Below, in pieces: positions 36,846 to 50,211 of a stretch of 64,000 nucleotides of DNA. The notes beneath the pieces were generated by a model, which had not been told where the DNA came from, ran no database searches, and worked only from the letters and a program-made list of their open reading frames with translations. The number at the start of each line of letters is the position of its first letter. Within the stretch, counting starts at the first letter, position 1. Made by a program: the position numbers and the translations under genes. The DNA lies in the NCBI GenBank assembly GCA_008632985.1, contig QPGO01000065.1, positions 1-64,000 on the forward strand, written 5' to 3'. Origin of the DNA: Psammoneis japonica. Lineage: Eukaryota.

Positions 36846-38176
36846 GGCACGTTCCCACCCTGATAATTTCGGCCGTAAAATAAATGTAATTTGGCCAAAT
36901 TTACGTGTTTACGGGCGTCAGGCTGGGAACGGATTCGATCGGTAAAAAAGATCAAAATCTCATGTCGAGCTCGGTGAGGACGCTACACGCTACAGTACCA
37001 CGCTACAGCACTGTTTACACTACTACTCTCTACTGCTAGCAGTAGCTAGCTCTAGAGAGCTGCTAGCTGTTAGGACTAGAGAGTCACCATAACATTGTCA
37101 GGGACAATCGTTGTCCATTTTGCGATTGCTCTACGGTGACCCAAGACTAATGATAACACCAGTGAAGGAAAGAAGAAACACACCAACATTCAATCCTCTG
37201 TTGACAGCAAGAGTTGCAGAGCGAGCATGAAAAAGCACGAAACATTGGCATGCAGTAAGACCACAGCATGCAAAACTATTAAATGAAATTTCTACAGAAT
37301 GTTAGGTGCTAAAAGGCACTGTTCTTAACTCTTGCGGTTTACCAATGGCCTAAATCCATTTCAAAGAGCAACAGAAGGGCTGCAGACAATGGAGCCAACG
37401 ACGTTGTGCAAAACATTGACCCCCACCAGCATCATTGTCCAAACTTACGACAAGATTAATGAAATGAGTGCACACAGCCTTCTTCATAGTCATGTTCCAT
37501 CAAAACGGAGCACAAGCCTTGCTGTTGTCGTCGACGTGACCAAAATTCTTGCATTCTTGACTCTTGACAGTCCATCAAGTAACAACCTCGAGCATGCACC
37601 AAAGAACCCCCTCAATGTAACATCAGATCATATGTTGCTATGAAGATTCGGCCTCAAGTCTGTAGACGTATGGTTTGTGAAGAATCCCAACGCGAAATCT
37701 GAACAAGAGAAACAAAGACATCAAAAATACTGTTAGTCGACACGGTCGTCATAAGCCACAACAACAACGAAAAATCATAATTCTGACAACTTGATCGCAT
37801 CAAGCGTAGTATTATTAACCTGTCTCTATATTCTTACCTTCGTAGACAGGACGGTCGTTCGTGTATGAACGGGTCCGTTCATCGCAGCAGCCATCATGGT
37901 TGTTGTGCGATCGGAGCGGAGAAAGAAAAATGGGGAGCTTGTGACGTGGCACGTTCGAGCTCCCAAAACGCCGAATTTACCGTGAAAATTATATTTACGG
38001 GAGAGAATTTACGACGACCGACACCTGTCGTCGTAATTTGCTGATAATTACGGCTGTAAATTGAAGGATGGAAAACAGACGTGCGATTTTTCTTGTACGA
38101 GAGTTTCTACAGGAATTTTGTGTAGAACGAAATTATATTTATTTTACGGCCGAAATTATCGGGGTGGGAACGTGCC
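36846..38176. mobile_element. Non-autonomous TIR element (MITE, 1331 bp), PIF/Harbinger-like
   Basis: About 47-bp TIRs, ggcacgttcccaccctgataatttcggccgtaaaataaatgtaattt and aaattatatttattttacggccgaaattatcggggtgggaacgtgcc (2 mismatches). 3-bp TSD tca at 36843..36845 and 38177..38179. Removal rejoins the Gypsy frame (DSDAL-SEEK). Confidence 0.88.
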
Positions 38177-38761
38177 TCAGTGAAGAAAAATGCCAATTTG
38201 ATCGGATGATCCAGACTGAATCCGAAGAACAATTTGGGTCTGTTCATGAATTGTTTGCTCTGCTGGATGTCAGGAAGCCTAGAAAAAAGGCAGAAACAAT
38301 TCATGCCAGTCCAGGAGTCATCATTTGTGTGAACACTTCCTTGGGAAAGGAGAGAAAAAAGCATCTGCGTGTTCCTGTCAACAACGGAACATCGTCAACC
38401 ACAATTTTGCGCAAATTCGTGCGAAAGTTGAGAACACAAGAATCCGCCACCAAAAACTTGGGAAACCAAGGGTGAGCTCTTTACGACTGACAGCAAACAC
38501 CGAATTCAGTTCTCACTGTGCGAATTTAAGATGCACTGATGTTCAAACAGCATGTGTTGAAAACACCAAATCTTCTTCAGGTTCAAATGATGTGATCATG
38601 GGACGCGACTTAATGTCCAGTCTTGGAGTCACATTGGACCGCGCAAATGAAGAAATCAAATGGGAAGAAGCAACTGCCCTGTGAAGAATGTTCGTGCACT
38701 CTTCGATGCCGATGTTTTCAAGCTGAAAACCGATCACATTGAAAAATGTGATGCCGTGAAT

Positions 38762-40340
38762 GGAGTTGACAATGGAACCAATGGTCCTCGACTCACATCA
38801 TCACGCCATCAATCCCAATCAAGTGACAACTGTGGCGATGCATCCAACCCAAATGAACACAACCAACTCAATCTTCTTCTCAAGAGGTTGAAATCTTTTT
38901 GAAAAGTTCCTCAGACGAATGCGTGGGAAGAACCAGTGGATCTCATTGTGGAAAATCTGACGCGATTCCACGACGCGTGAGAACCTTCTCCTGTCACAGT
39001 CTTTGGAGGCGTCCAATCAAAAGGAATTTGACCTGTTGTGAAAGATTGAAGTCTCAAAAATGACGTTGCTCTGAATCAGTCGCTCTGAGACTCATTGTCC
39101 AAAGAAAAAAGGTTGAGTTTGACCGCATCCGATGCTCAGAAGCTTGGTGAAAGGTTCACACACGTGGTGTGTCCTTTGCCCAATGTTCAGGAAATGCTGT
39201 TGAAGCAAGAACGTTTCATGTGTGCAATCTGTTTGATTCAAACATGGAATGCCACCATGTCAAATAAAAAAGGCACACGTCGTGCTCACACGAAAATCAT
39301 GCCGTGGGGAAAAAATGAGTGCTGCAGACTTCCAACGAGAAGCCACAGAGCCCCAGACATTTTTGCACAACACATGAGCGAAGTCATGGCAGGTTTGAAG
39401 TTGTCAGAACGACTGCAAATGATTGTTTGTGCCTGACAAAAAGTGACTTCAAAATGTCACCTGTGCAAGTGACAGCTTGGCACGGCATTCAAACGACTGG
39501 AACAGTCGCTCAGAAGGTCAACAACAAAAGTCCTTCACTGTTTGACTTGAAACAAACTGTCAACACTTCCATGCGGAGTTGACAATGGAACCAATGGTCC
39601 TCGACTCACATCATCACGCCATCGATCCCAATCAAGTGACAACTGCGGCGATGCACCCAACCCAAATGAACACAACCAACTCAATCTTCTTCTCAAGAGG
39701 TTGAAATCTTTTTGAAAAGTTCCTCAGACGAATGCGTGGGAAGAACCAGTGGATCTCATTGTGGAAAATCTGACGCGATTCCACGACGCGTGAGAACCTT
39801 CTCCTGTCACAGTCTTTGGAGGCGTCCAATCAAAAGGAGTTTGACCCATTGTGAAACATTGAAGTCTTAAATGTGAAATTGCTCTGAACAAGTCGCTCTG
39901 AGACTCATTGTCCAAAGAAAACAGGTCGAGTTCGACCGTGTCCGACACTCAGAAGCTCAGTAAAAGGTTCACACACGCGGTGCATCCTTCACCCAACATT
40001 CAGGAAATGCCGTTGAAGCAAGAACGTTTCGCACATGCAATCCATTCGATTCAAACATGGAGCGCCACCATGCAGGGAGAAAATGAGTGCTGTGGACTTC
40101 CAATGAGAATCTACAGAGCCCCAGATGTTTTTAAACAACACATGAGTGAACTCATGACAGGTTTGAAGTTGTCAGAACGACTGCACATGATCGTTTGCAC
40201 CTGACAAAAGGTGACTTCAAAATGTCACCTGTACAAGTGACAGCTTAATGCGGCATTCAAACGACTAGAACAGTCGCTTAGAAGGTTAACAACAAAATTC
40301 CTTCACTGTTTAACTTGAAATAAACTATCAACACTTCCAC
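38762..40340 (+). repeat. Tandem duplication of about 0.8 kb inside the Gypsy pol (copy 1 38762..39574, copy 2 39575..about 40340)
   Basis: Both copies start ggagttgacaatggaaccaatggtcctcgactcac and stay colinear to tcaacacttcca. Copy 2 lacks about 45 bp. Confidence 0.92.
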
Positions 40341-42520
40341 ACGTAACGATGTGCAATCGATTGCAAAGAAAATGGAGGCGATTCAAGCAATCGCAACACG
40401 AGAAAAACGTAAAGAACACTACGACATCTCGTTCTCATACGTTACTACTGTCGAGACATGTAGTCTCAACGATATCCTGTACAACACTAGCCAAATTCAC
40501 CTCGATAAGGGTCAAACGGCAAAAGTACAAGTACGGAACGAAAAGTCTCCGAAAATATGGAGCGTATCAAATCAAAAACTATAATGTTATCATACACGTA
40601 TTTCAATATTATACGTTACAACGGAAAAAAGAACTTCTGTCCATAGTGAAAACACTAAAAAAATTCCGAAATATACTGTTTGGCCAACACATTTATATAT
40701 ATACGGATCATAAGACACAACGGACAAAGTCATACGTTGACGACTTACAATAGAAAGCTTCAGTCCCGAATTAAAATACAGCGAGGGCAAGGCGAACATC
40801 GTCGCGATAGACGCGATCAGCCGACTTACTATAGAAAATTGAATCCTACGACAATGTTCTACCGTTAAAACGGGATAAAGACATTTCCCTCCAAATTGTC
40901 GGACGCGACATATCATACGAACACTTTTCGTGGAGGCGAGCGAGATCGAAAAATGCTCATATCATAAGGATAAAATCGCCTTTTTAAAGGACGATTTAGG
41001 AAAAAACAGTGACAGATTGGTGTACATTATACGTGTCCACTTCACACTATCCACTTCACACTGGCAAAAGACAAGCTTGGTGGAATGGCCAATGGGCTTC
41101 CCATCAAGGGCACCGGCACTGTCTCTGGGTGCTTCCAGGCAGCAGACGGCAGCAACATCAATGTCCAGACTCACTGCCAGTGTGCACCTTGTGCCAACGT
41201 GCATCTCCTGTCCCCCAATGTCTCTTTCAACCTGCGGGCATTCAAGGCCACTTTTGGGGCAACAGTGAGAGGTTTTTTTGAGCTTTGTTTCTGCAGAACA
41301 CCCAAGATCCACGTCACATGCAACAAATGCACAAACTCGCCGGTTGGCTCCGCATCTTGTGGGGCCATGTGTGTGCTCCTCAAGTCAATTTGAGCACTGT
41401 TGCTGACCCTGATGACCTCAATCTATCCTCCGGGCAGAAGTTGCTTGTGGACATCCATGCTTGGTTTGGGCACCTTAATTTTCCATGTGTCCAAGCTCTT
41501 CTCTGCCGGCCTCCTTTCACTGCTCTCAAGTTCACATCTGCTTCCAAGTGTGACATCCCTGAGTGCAACACCTGCAAGCATGCCAAGGCTCGCCGCTGTC
41601 CCACCAAGGCCCAACAGAAAACTGCTGTCCCTGAACACAATGGCACACTCAAAGCTGGTCATCTGCATCCAGGTCAGTCTGTGAGCGTCGATCACTTCAA
41701 GTCGCGTCTCAAGGGTTGCACCTGCAATTCCTGTGGTGAACCCTCCTCTCAGCAGCATGTTGGCAGCTGCATTTTTGTTGATCATGCTTCTGGGCTCATG
41801 CACACTGAGCATCAAGTTGGGCTCTCTGCAGTTGAGATGACATGGGCAAAACAAGGTCACAAGCAGATGGCTCTCAGTCATGGTGTCATCGTGCAGGAGT
41901 GTCTTGCCGACAAATTAGCCTTCAAGGGCAACAAGTTTGTTGCTCACATCCATGAATCTCAGCAATGCATCCACTGTTGTGGAACAAATGCCCATCACCA
42001 GAATGGCGTTGCTGAGAGGTCCGTTCATTCTGTGTCAAATGTGGCATGAGTCATGATCCTCCATGCCTCCATCCATTGGTGCAGTGGCATCGACAGCTCT
42101 TTGTGGCCTGTGGCAGTCAACTGCGCCACCCATGTCTGCAACAACACTCCGGGATCAAATGGGCTTTGTCCTGCCAATGTTTTCACCAGATCCACCATCC
42201 CACACCACCGTTTGCTTGGTTTGCACACTTGGGGCTGTCCTGTCCATGTCCTGGATCCCAAGTTGCAACAAGGTGAGAAATTTCCGCATTGGCAACCAAG
42301 ATCATGGTGTGGTTTTTTTCTCGGCCTCAGTTTGGTTCACGCTGGCAAGGTTCCACTGGCCTTGAACTTGAATGCCAGGTCCATTGCTCCTCAGCATCAT
42401 GTGGCATTTGACAATCTCTTTGCCACAGTTGCATTGATCAAGAGGGAGAACGAGCCACCTGATCACTGGGAAGAGCTCTGTTTGGAGAATGTCATCCAGA
42501 TGCCACTGGATTTGAGTGAC

Positions 42521-42820
42521 TGACAGAAAGTGAGGAAAATGGGGGCACTCGCCTGGAGGTGTCTTGGGTGATCAAATCCGTCCACAAACAGGAGAGCACA
42601 GGCTAAAACTGGGAATGTCTTGCACTGAAGTGTGTTCTAGACATTGTGAGAGATTCTGAGTTACTCTCAGAATCGGAGCCATGATGAAAGAAGGGTGGAT
42701 TCCGACAGGTTGTGGAAACTCCAAGGAATCACGGATGATTTCCATCACAAACTATCGTGAAGATGCAATGTCTTCAATCATGAGGTTCCGATGTCAAAAG
42801 GGAATGTGGAATCCCTGACA
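42521..42820 (-). repeat. 3' LTR of the nested Copia
   Basis: Colinear with 50212..50511 without indels; adjacent to the PPT. Confidence 0.95.
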
Positions 42821-45800
42821 CCCCCCTTGAACCGAATGAGGGAAGACATGGAAACGACTCATGAAAGCATGTGAGAAGGAAGGTGCCAAAGAGCACGATC
42901 GACCATGGGCCAAATTTTCTCGGCACTCTGAGTTTTGGTGGTGCAGTCGGCAAGTTGACTTTCTGCAGGAACCCAGGAAAGGAGGTGATGACCGAGTCGT
43001 TGGCCTTCGCGGACACATTGGAAACGTCGTTCGATGTGCCTGGTGCGGCGAGTCTGCTGGTCATTTTGGGCCATTTGGACAGCGGCTTGATTGTCCAGCA
43101 CAATTGTGGTGGGGGTTGTGGACAGATGCTGAGTGTCAATGGAGCAGTGGCGGGTGCCAAGGTGGGTGAAGTCGCAGGCCAGCATGCATGGGTGGGCCAC
43201 AGCCATCGCGCCAGTGCAGGCACCCATCCATTCGGATTCAGCGGTGGACATCACAATGGGGGTGGGGACAGTTGAATTGGCTTCCACTGTTGCCCCATTG
43301 AAGAAAGCCAGAAATCCCACAGTGGACTTCGCGGTGTCAGGACAATCCTGCCAGCTGGCATCGGAGAACACGACAAACACAGAATGATTGACGTTGTGTG
43401 CCTCACAGATGGCGTGGACGGGGCTCGCGGTGGGATCAGAATAAAATTTGATGGCGAGGTCTTGATGTTTCCGGAGATGACCAAAGAGGTGGACGAGAGC
43501 GTCGAAGTCTTTCATGCCAGGGTTGGCACAGGCCTTGGCGAGTTTGCAGGTGATCCATAAAATGTCGGCTTGGGTGTTGCATGCAAGATGCAGGATGGAG
43601 CAGACGGCGGATCGAAAATGGAGATCTGGATGTTTTGCGGAGATTGCCTTGGATTCAGCTTCATCCTTGGGGCGATTCGACTTGGAGTGGACACAGTCGA
43701 CGGGAGCTGGTGTGTCTTGAAAGCTGGGGCTGCCCCAGGGCGAGTCCGGTGTGAGGAAACGCTTGAGGAGATTGCAAACGTGCCGATGTTGGTCGAGAGA
43801 AAAAGAGCCGTCCTCGCATCGGTGGGTGCGCATCTGGAGGAACCATGTGACGTCGCCGGTGAAGGTGATGTTGTACTTGGAGGTGATGAGGTTCTCGAAA
43901 TCCTTTTCAACGCGATTGTGTGAGCCAAAATGGATCACATCGTTGGTGTAGAAATCAACTTGAGGCAGGAACCATCAGAAAAGTGCTTGGCGAAGAAGGT
44001 GGGATCGGCCTTGGAGTTGGTGTGTCCCTGGGCAATCAAAAATTCAGAGAGCTCAGTGGACCACCAGAGGCCACTGCGGATGGTGCCATGCATGCCTTTC
44101 TTGAGATGGAGCGAGATGCCAAAATATTCGGCACATTCCGGGAAATGTTGCTTGAGGATGGGATCGAATCAGACGAAGAGGCGGCCGCGAGCAGGAGCTT
44201 GGAGGTGGGCTCCGACGAAATCGCCATTTTTAACGCGTCGTTTGGCTTGAGCAGCAAAAGCAAGGAAGAGTTTGATGGCGCGGGAGGAGGCGTTCGGCGA
44301 CCAATTGTCGTCATCGTCGTTGCAGCGTTGCATGTCGCCGCATGCGCAGCAGCGAGCCTTGAGTTTCTTGAGAGAACCGTCGGGCTTCTGCTTGGCACGG
44401 AGAGCGAGGGTTGCACCAACAATTTTGTCATCGGGACAAGGACATTCGTGAAGAGCGCAGGTCTCGTTGTCGACAATGAGGTTTTTAAGCTCAGAGCCAA
44501 CAGCACGGAGCCAGGCGTCGCGGATGGCCGGAGGTTGTCTGAGGACAGCTTGGAAAGAACGAGGAACGGGCAAGCAATCGTCAATGGGGGTTGTTGCTGA
44601 GGCTTGAAGGATCTCAAGAGCCTGTTGCAAGGGGTCGGGACACTGGTGCCAGTTGTGATTGATCCAGGGAGAGGCAACGGCGGCGCTGAACGCTTGCTCC
44701 ATGCCGAGAGAGTCGTCGAAGAGAGTTTGCTCGAGGGTGTCGAGCGGGGAGACGGTGGTGGACACACACAAGTGTTTGTCGTCAGCAAAACGGACGGAAG
44801 TGAGTTTTCCGGCATTGGATCGGGAGGAGCGACGCAAGGTTGGAGCGGTGTTCGTGAGAGGAGCGGAGGTGTCCAATTGAGAATCATCGACAGAGGAGGA
44901 GTCCGAATCAGATGCAGATGGAGGGTCAACATCGAGGAAATCCTTGATGGTCCCAGCATGCTCATCTGCAGGTGTGTCGTCGTGATGAGTGAGGCCAGAA
45001 GAATCGTTGGGCATGTTGCGAATCGGGAGAGCGCCAGAGAACGGAACATGGTCATGCACCAGGGACGATTCGAAGAGTTCGTCGAAAATGGCGTCATGCG
45101 CAACAATCAGATTTTTGGGACCGATTCCTTTGGGAACATGAGTGAGGTAGCCAGCCTGGTTGGGAGCAAAACCAACGTGAATGCCACGAGAGCGTCGTTG
45201 GAGTTGTTGTTTTGCAGTGGTCGGGTGGCCGGTTTCCGGATTGAGAGGTTGGCACCTGTCGAAAGCAACGGGACAACCAAAGACACGGAAGTGGCCAATT
45301 TTCGGATGCTTGTTGAAAGCATGAAAATGAGGGGTAGTGAGTGAGCCATCCGGTGGTCAGGTGCCCTTGGCTGGAAGCACATTGAGCATCGCAACTGCGT
45401 GGAGGAAGGCGTGATGACAAAAGTGGGCCGAGAGGTGCGCGTTCACGAGGAGGCAGCAAATGATGTTGGACACAACTTGCCACATGCGTTCACTGATGCC
45501 ATTCATTTCTTGGTGACGAGGAGCGGCGATCTCAACCTTGATGCCATTGTCGGTGCCAAAAGAAATGAATTCGTGAGACAGAAAACATTGCGCAGAGTCG
45601 GCGCGGATGAAATTGGCGTCTTGCACGTGGCCAGTGGCCTGGACTTCTGCCATCCAGGATTTGAAGGCTGCAATGATGTTGCTGGTGGTGGGGCTCGTAA
45701 GACCACGCATGCCACAAAGGTGTCCTTTGTGCGCAGCCATGAAAAGATGGCACGGAAAAGAGGAATTTGGGGTGAGAGCAACATTGTGTGGGTTGGGAAT

Positions 45801-48800
45801 TGTGTCCACAAACACACGTGAAAAAGTGTGGTCCGGTTCAGTTGGGTCACACTTGATGCGGTTTCGTTTGCGAGATGTGGCAATGCGCGCATTGTCCAAG
45901 TGCGCGTCACTCCCGGGGGCAACATGACAGTCGTGCCAAACTTCGCCAATTGTGCCAGCCAAAAGACTTTGAGAGGCCGACATCCGAATCGGCGACCAGC
46001 AAGGTCAAGGTCGATGGCGGAGGTCGTGGGGTGGGAGGAGGACGGTGCAGAGTCTGCTGCATTGTCAGGAGGGTCGCTCGCGTTGGAGGAGCGAGGTGCA
46101 GTGGACGCATCGTGACAAGAGCGTTGGTGACGAAGGATCGGGAAGCTGAAAGTGTGGCCATCGCCAAAATCGAGCTTTGTGATGTTCGTCGTGATGTGCA
46201 CATTGAACAATTCGTTGTTGGCGAAGGCAGGGACCGAGAACAAATTCCGGTTGAGACCGGGGATGTGGTGCACATGGTCAAGGACGAGGTTGACGGGGTG
46301 TCCTTGATCATCCTGAAAATGCAAGGTGACAGAGCCAACCTTCGTAGCGTGGACTGTGGTGCCATCAGCAATCACAACGGGGACATGACAATCAACGGGA
46401 TCGTCGAGTGAGTCATGACGGACGAAGTGAGAGGATGCCCCAGAATCAACAAACCAACTGCGAATGTCGGTGAGGTCATGGTCACGAGGAAGTTGCTGAG
46501 GACGACACTGGGTGCGATCGTCGGCCATGAAGGCGACATGATCAGGAGTGTCTGCAACTTGGGCGGAAATGTGAAGCGCAGCAGTCTCAGGAAGGTCAAC
46601 GCTGAGTTCAGAAATGACAGAGGAGTCATCATCATCTGAAACGGTCGACGGCAGTTCCGTGAGAGGGGCCAGAGTGTGCGCGTCGGAAAAATCCAGGGGC
46701 AAAGTTGTGGCCGGTGTTGCCAGACGAGACGGCAATCCACTCGAGTGAGAGGGAGAGCGTTGCGTTGGCGGTGGGAGTGGGCCTGCAAGAAAGGGCATGA
46801 CAGATGATGAGTCAGTGCTGGAATCACATGAGTGATGGGCCAGAGGTGGTGGACCGGCCGAGGACGAGTCAGAGGACGTGTCGGAGTCGGGTGACACATC
46901 GGAGAAAGAGTCGCCGTCGCATGAGCCGGAGCGACTTCGCCGTGGACAGAGGGGTGGCATTGATTCATGAGAACAGACCGAGGAGCAACAATCATCCACG
47001 GGGTGGAGACTGGTGGCGGGGCAAGTGGTCGGCGTAGCATGGAAGAAAGAATCGAAGGACGAGTTGTCGTCAGTCGAGTCAAAGGCCGAGTTGAGATCAC
47101 CGGGATGGAGACAGAGAGATGGCACAGAGGCGTGAGAGGACAGAGAAGCGCAACAATCAATCTTGGGGGTGATGCCGGTGGCACAAAAAAGATTTGCGTG
47201 TCATCGGGTTTGGCAGCATTGAGACAGGTCAGCGGTGCAGGATTGGCGCGAGTGGCGGCAAGAGCGGTTTGCTTGGAAGCCGACTTGAGTTCTGGGCACT
47301 GCGGACAAAGATGTCCCTTCTTTTTGCAATGGCAGCAAGTGACCTCACTCAAGTCACGAGCAGCCTTGGGAGGAGAGTCCGCTTTGGAGTCGGGTGGCTT
47401 GGATCCATTTTTTAAGTCGCGAAGGCGTGAACGGCACTCGGCGGCGTTGTGGTTGAGCTCACCACAGCATCCACAAATCTCGTTCGTGCACTGGTGGCGT
47501 TGGCGTGGAGGCTGTCGCTGTCCATTGCGATGACTCTGCCGGGTGGTGGCAAGATGTGCATGATTGGACGGCGGTCGCAGGCGATTGCCACCGGAGGCGC
47601 GGTCGCGGTGCTGTGCGTTGTGATGTTGTTCGTCGATGCTGTAGAAAGTCTGGCGGATTTCTTTAAAAAGAAGAGCATCGGCAGATGAGAGACGAGAGGC
47701 AGTGCAAAATTCGGATTCGAATTGTTTGATGGCAGCATCACAGCGGGGGTGACTGCCCATTTGACTGAGAAAATGGGTGCTCTTCTCGGCGTCAGTTTTG
47801 ACAGGCAAGCCCGCATTTTTGTAGTTCCGAAATTTGCGTTCAAAACGTTCAATGAAACTGCTGGCTGACTCATCAGAATTGTGAAAAATCTGAAGGCAGT
47901 CGTTGGCACAGCAGTTCATGTGTTCCTGGGAGAGAGGGGCGCAACGTTGTTGCAGTTCCTCGAGCGCGAGTTTGCCGGAGTTTGAGCCGAGATCGGAGAT
48001 GTCCGACTTGTGCGCATCGTCCACATGCGTCCAGAGCAAGGCAAAAAGGGCCTTGTCAGTGGCAGCAGGAAGGGGACGAAGAGGTGCGGAAGGAAAATCC
48101 GTGACACAGTCAGTGAGCTCGGGAAAAGAGGCAAGAGAGCCGCGCAGCTCGTTCAGGAAAGAGTTGAATTTTTGACTGCGCGTGCATGGATTCTGATTGT
48201 GTTTCAGAATGCCAAGTTTCGTGTGGGACGCATGCTTCATGAGTGAATTAGCCAGTGATTCTGAGGAGCGCTCCGTTGCATCCGTGGTGCAATTGAGTGG
48301 CTCAGAAATGAAAGTGGCATCATGGTCCGAAGAAATGTCGTGGCGAGACGCGCGATCGGGCGGCGGACTGAGGGCAAATTGGAATGACAAGTCCAAATAG
48401 AGAGCCTCAGCTTGTCGCATCACATGCTGGAAACAGTCGAGGGCAAGTGTTGTGGATTCACAAGCCGGGTGGCGACGAAGAAGGGATTCGAACGACGATT
48501 TTGCAGAGTCAATCGTGAAACGAAGATCGGCCTCATTTTCGGATGCGCGAGAGAAGAACGGTTGTAGTTCCTGTTGAACACGAGCGAGGGCCTCAGTGGT
48601 GACGAGACGAATCAAAGAACTGTCCACAGTGGTGTCGACCGGGTCAGAGGTCGTGGGCTCCGGAGGAGAAGAGGCAGTCGCGACATCGGGCGCAAAGAGG
48701 TCCTCGTGGTCCGTGGGAGTTGGTGTGGCGAGAGCATCATCAAGAGTGCCATCCACATCCTGTAGAATGGGCGTGATGAGTGTCTCGAGGCGAGTGACAG

Positions 48801-50211
48801 GTGTGTCGTTGGTGTGATCGACATTGGAGAGTGCGGGAGTGGCAGATTCCGGGTTGGTCGACAGTGGCGGGAAAGATTCAGGAGCATCAAGAGGAGCCGG
48901 CGCTGGTGCAGTTGATGCCTGCGAATGAGACGGAGAAGGTGATGGCGGGGGAATGTTGTGGGTCCCCCCTTCAAGTGAGGCAGTCTCATCGATGGGAGAG
49001 ACGGTTTCAACGGCAACGAAAATGGTTTCGGGTGCCAAGGGTTCCTGAGAGCGGCGTCCGGATGAACGGCATGTTGTGGTTTGCTTTGTGAAGCAGCGAT
49101 CAAGGTCAGGATGCTCAAAAGGTTCACGTCGGGACATGCCAGTGCGACGGCGGTAGCGGCGCAAAGTGTGATGTTCCTGATTCGGCGTCAGTTTCTGGGG
49201 TTTCTTCTTGCGAGAAGAGGAGCGAAAATTGCCGGTGCGTGGGTTGGAAAAGTGAGATGATTTTGCAGGCGCGGCATGCGCAGAAGGTTTCTGGGTGCGG
49301 TTGTGCAAAGTGTCCAAATCGACATCCAAAATGTCCATCAAGTCATTGATGTCCATGAGAAGGTCATCATTTTCGTCATTGGTGAGGACGCAAAATTCAG
49401 TCGGATTACGAACGAACGATGGTGTCGATGCGGTGTTCATGCTGAGCATGAGAGTGCTTGAGGACACGAAAATTGGAGTTGATCTTGTCAGTCTCCGAAT
49501 TGAGACGGTCGACGCGGGATTGAATTTTCGCAAGATGATCCTGGAGGGCACAACGGACGTCTGCTTTGACTTGGTGGCGGCGGAGTTCCTCGGGCGATGG
49601 CGGTGCAGGAGCAGGAGTGCACTTGGAGGAGGCAATGGCGCATTGAACAGCACGTTTGGCATGACGACCAGCAGAGCGATTGTGCTTGCGGAGAGGTTTG
49701 GAGGGTCCAGAAGATGTCGTGGGCAAAGAAAGGGTTTTGCCGTTGCGGAGGCCACGAACGGGAGAGCAAACACGATGCTCAAAATCCGTGTTGGTCTCGG
49801 AGGCAGCAAGTGTGCGGCAGATGGCACAGTTAGAGCGACGAGTGGAGACTTTGTTGCGCCTGGGGACTTGCTGGGAAGAGTGGGCAGGCGGCTTAGAGCG
49901 AGGCAGAGGAGTGCGCTTGACGCGACGGGTCGGAGTGTGGCGTGCGCCCTGGGTCACGCAACTGGAACGACGACGACATGTGGAGTGCAAGCCAGCATGC
50001 TGGACCACAGAGCCAGCATCAACATGATGACAAAGGTCACGAGGGTGGGCCGTGGGGAGTTCATCAACAGAAAGTCCGCGGGCCGCGAGGGAATCGTGCA
50101 AGTTGGGAGCGTGCGATGACGCCTTGCGACGAGAAGAGGCATGAGACGCATGACGAGCGTTCGACGCAAAAGAAGTGGTCTCCTTGGACCAAACCGGAAG
50201 AATTGCAACCA

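Larger units (their letters stand above)
36540..40830 (+). mobile_element. Ty3/Gypsy LTR retrotransposon remnant (gag end, protease, RT, RNase H), interrupted by a MITE and an internal tandem duplication
   Basis: Protease-like LRVPVNNGTSSTTI and DVIMGRDLMSSLGVTLD..IKWE. RT V(C/H)PLPN(V/I)QEML, IMPWGKNECCRLP, APDIF..HMSE. RNase H KELLSIVKTLKKFRNILFGQHIYIYTDHK. Order PR-RT-RH. LTRs not identified. Confidence 0.85.

Noticed and set aside
46372..49827. 1151-aa ORF as an intact novel protein
   Set aside because: Only the middle is the true gag frame. The ends are frameshifted read-through that stays open because TAA/TAG have been erased.
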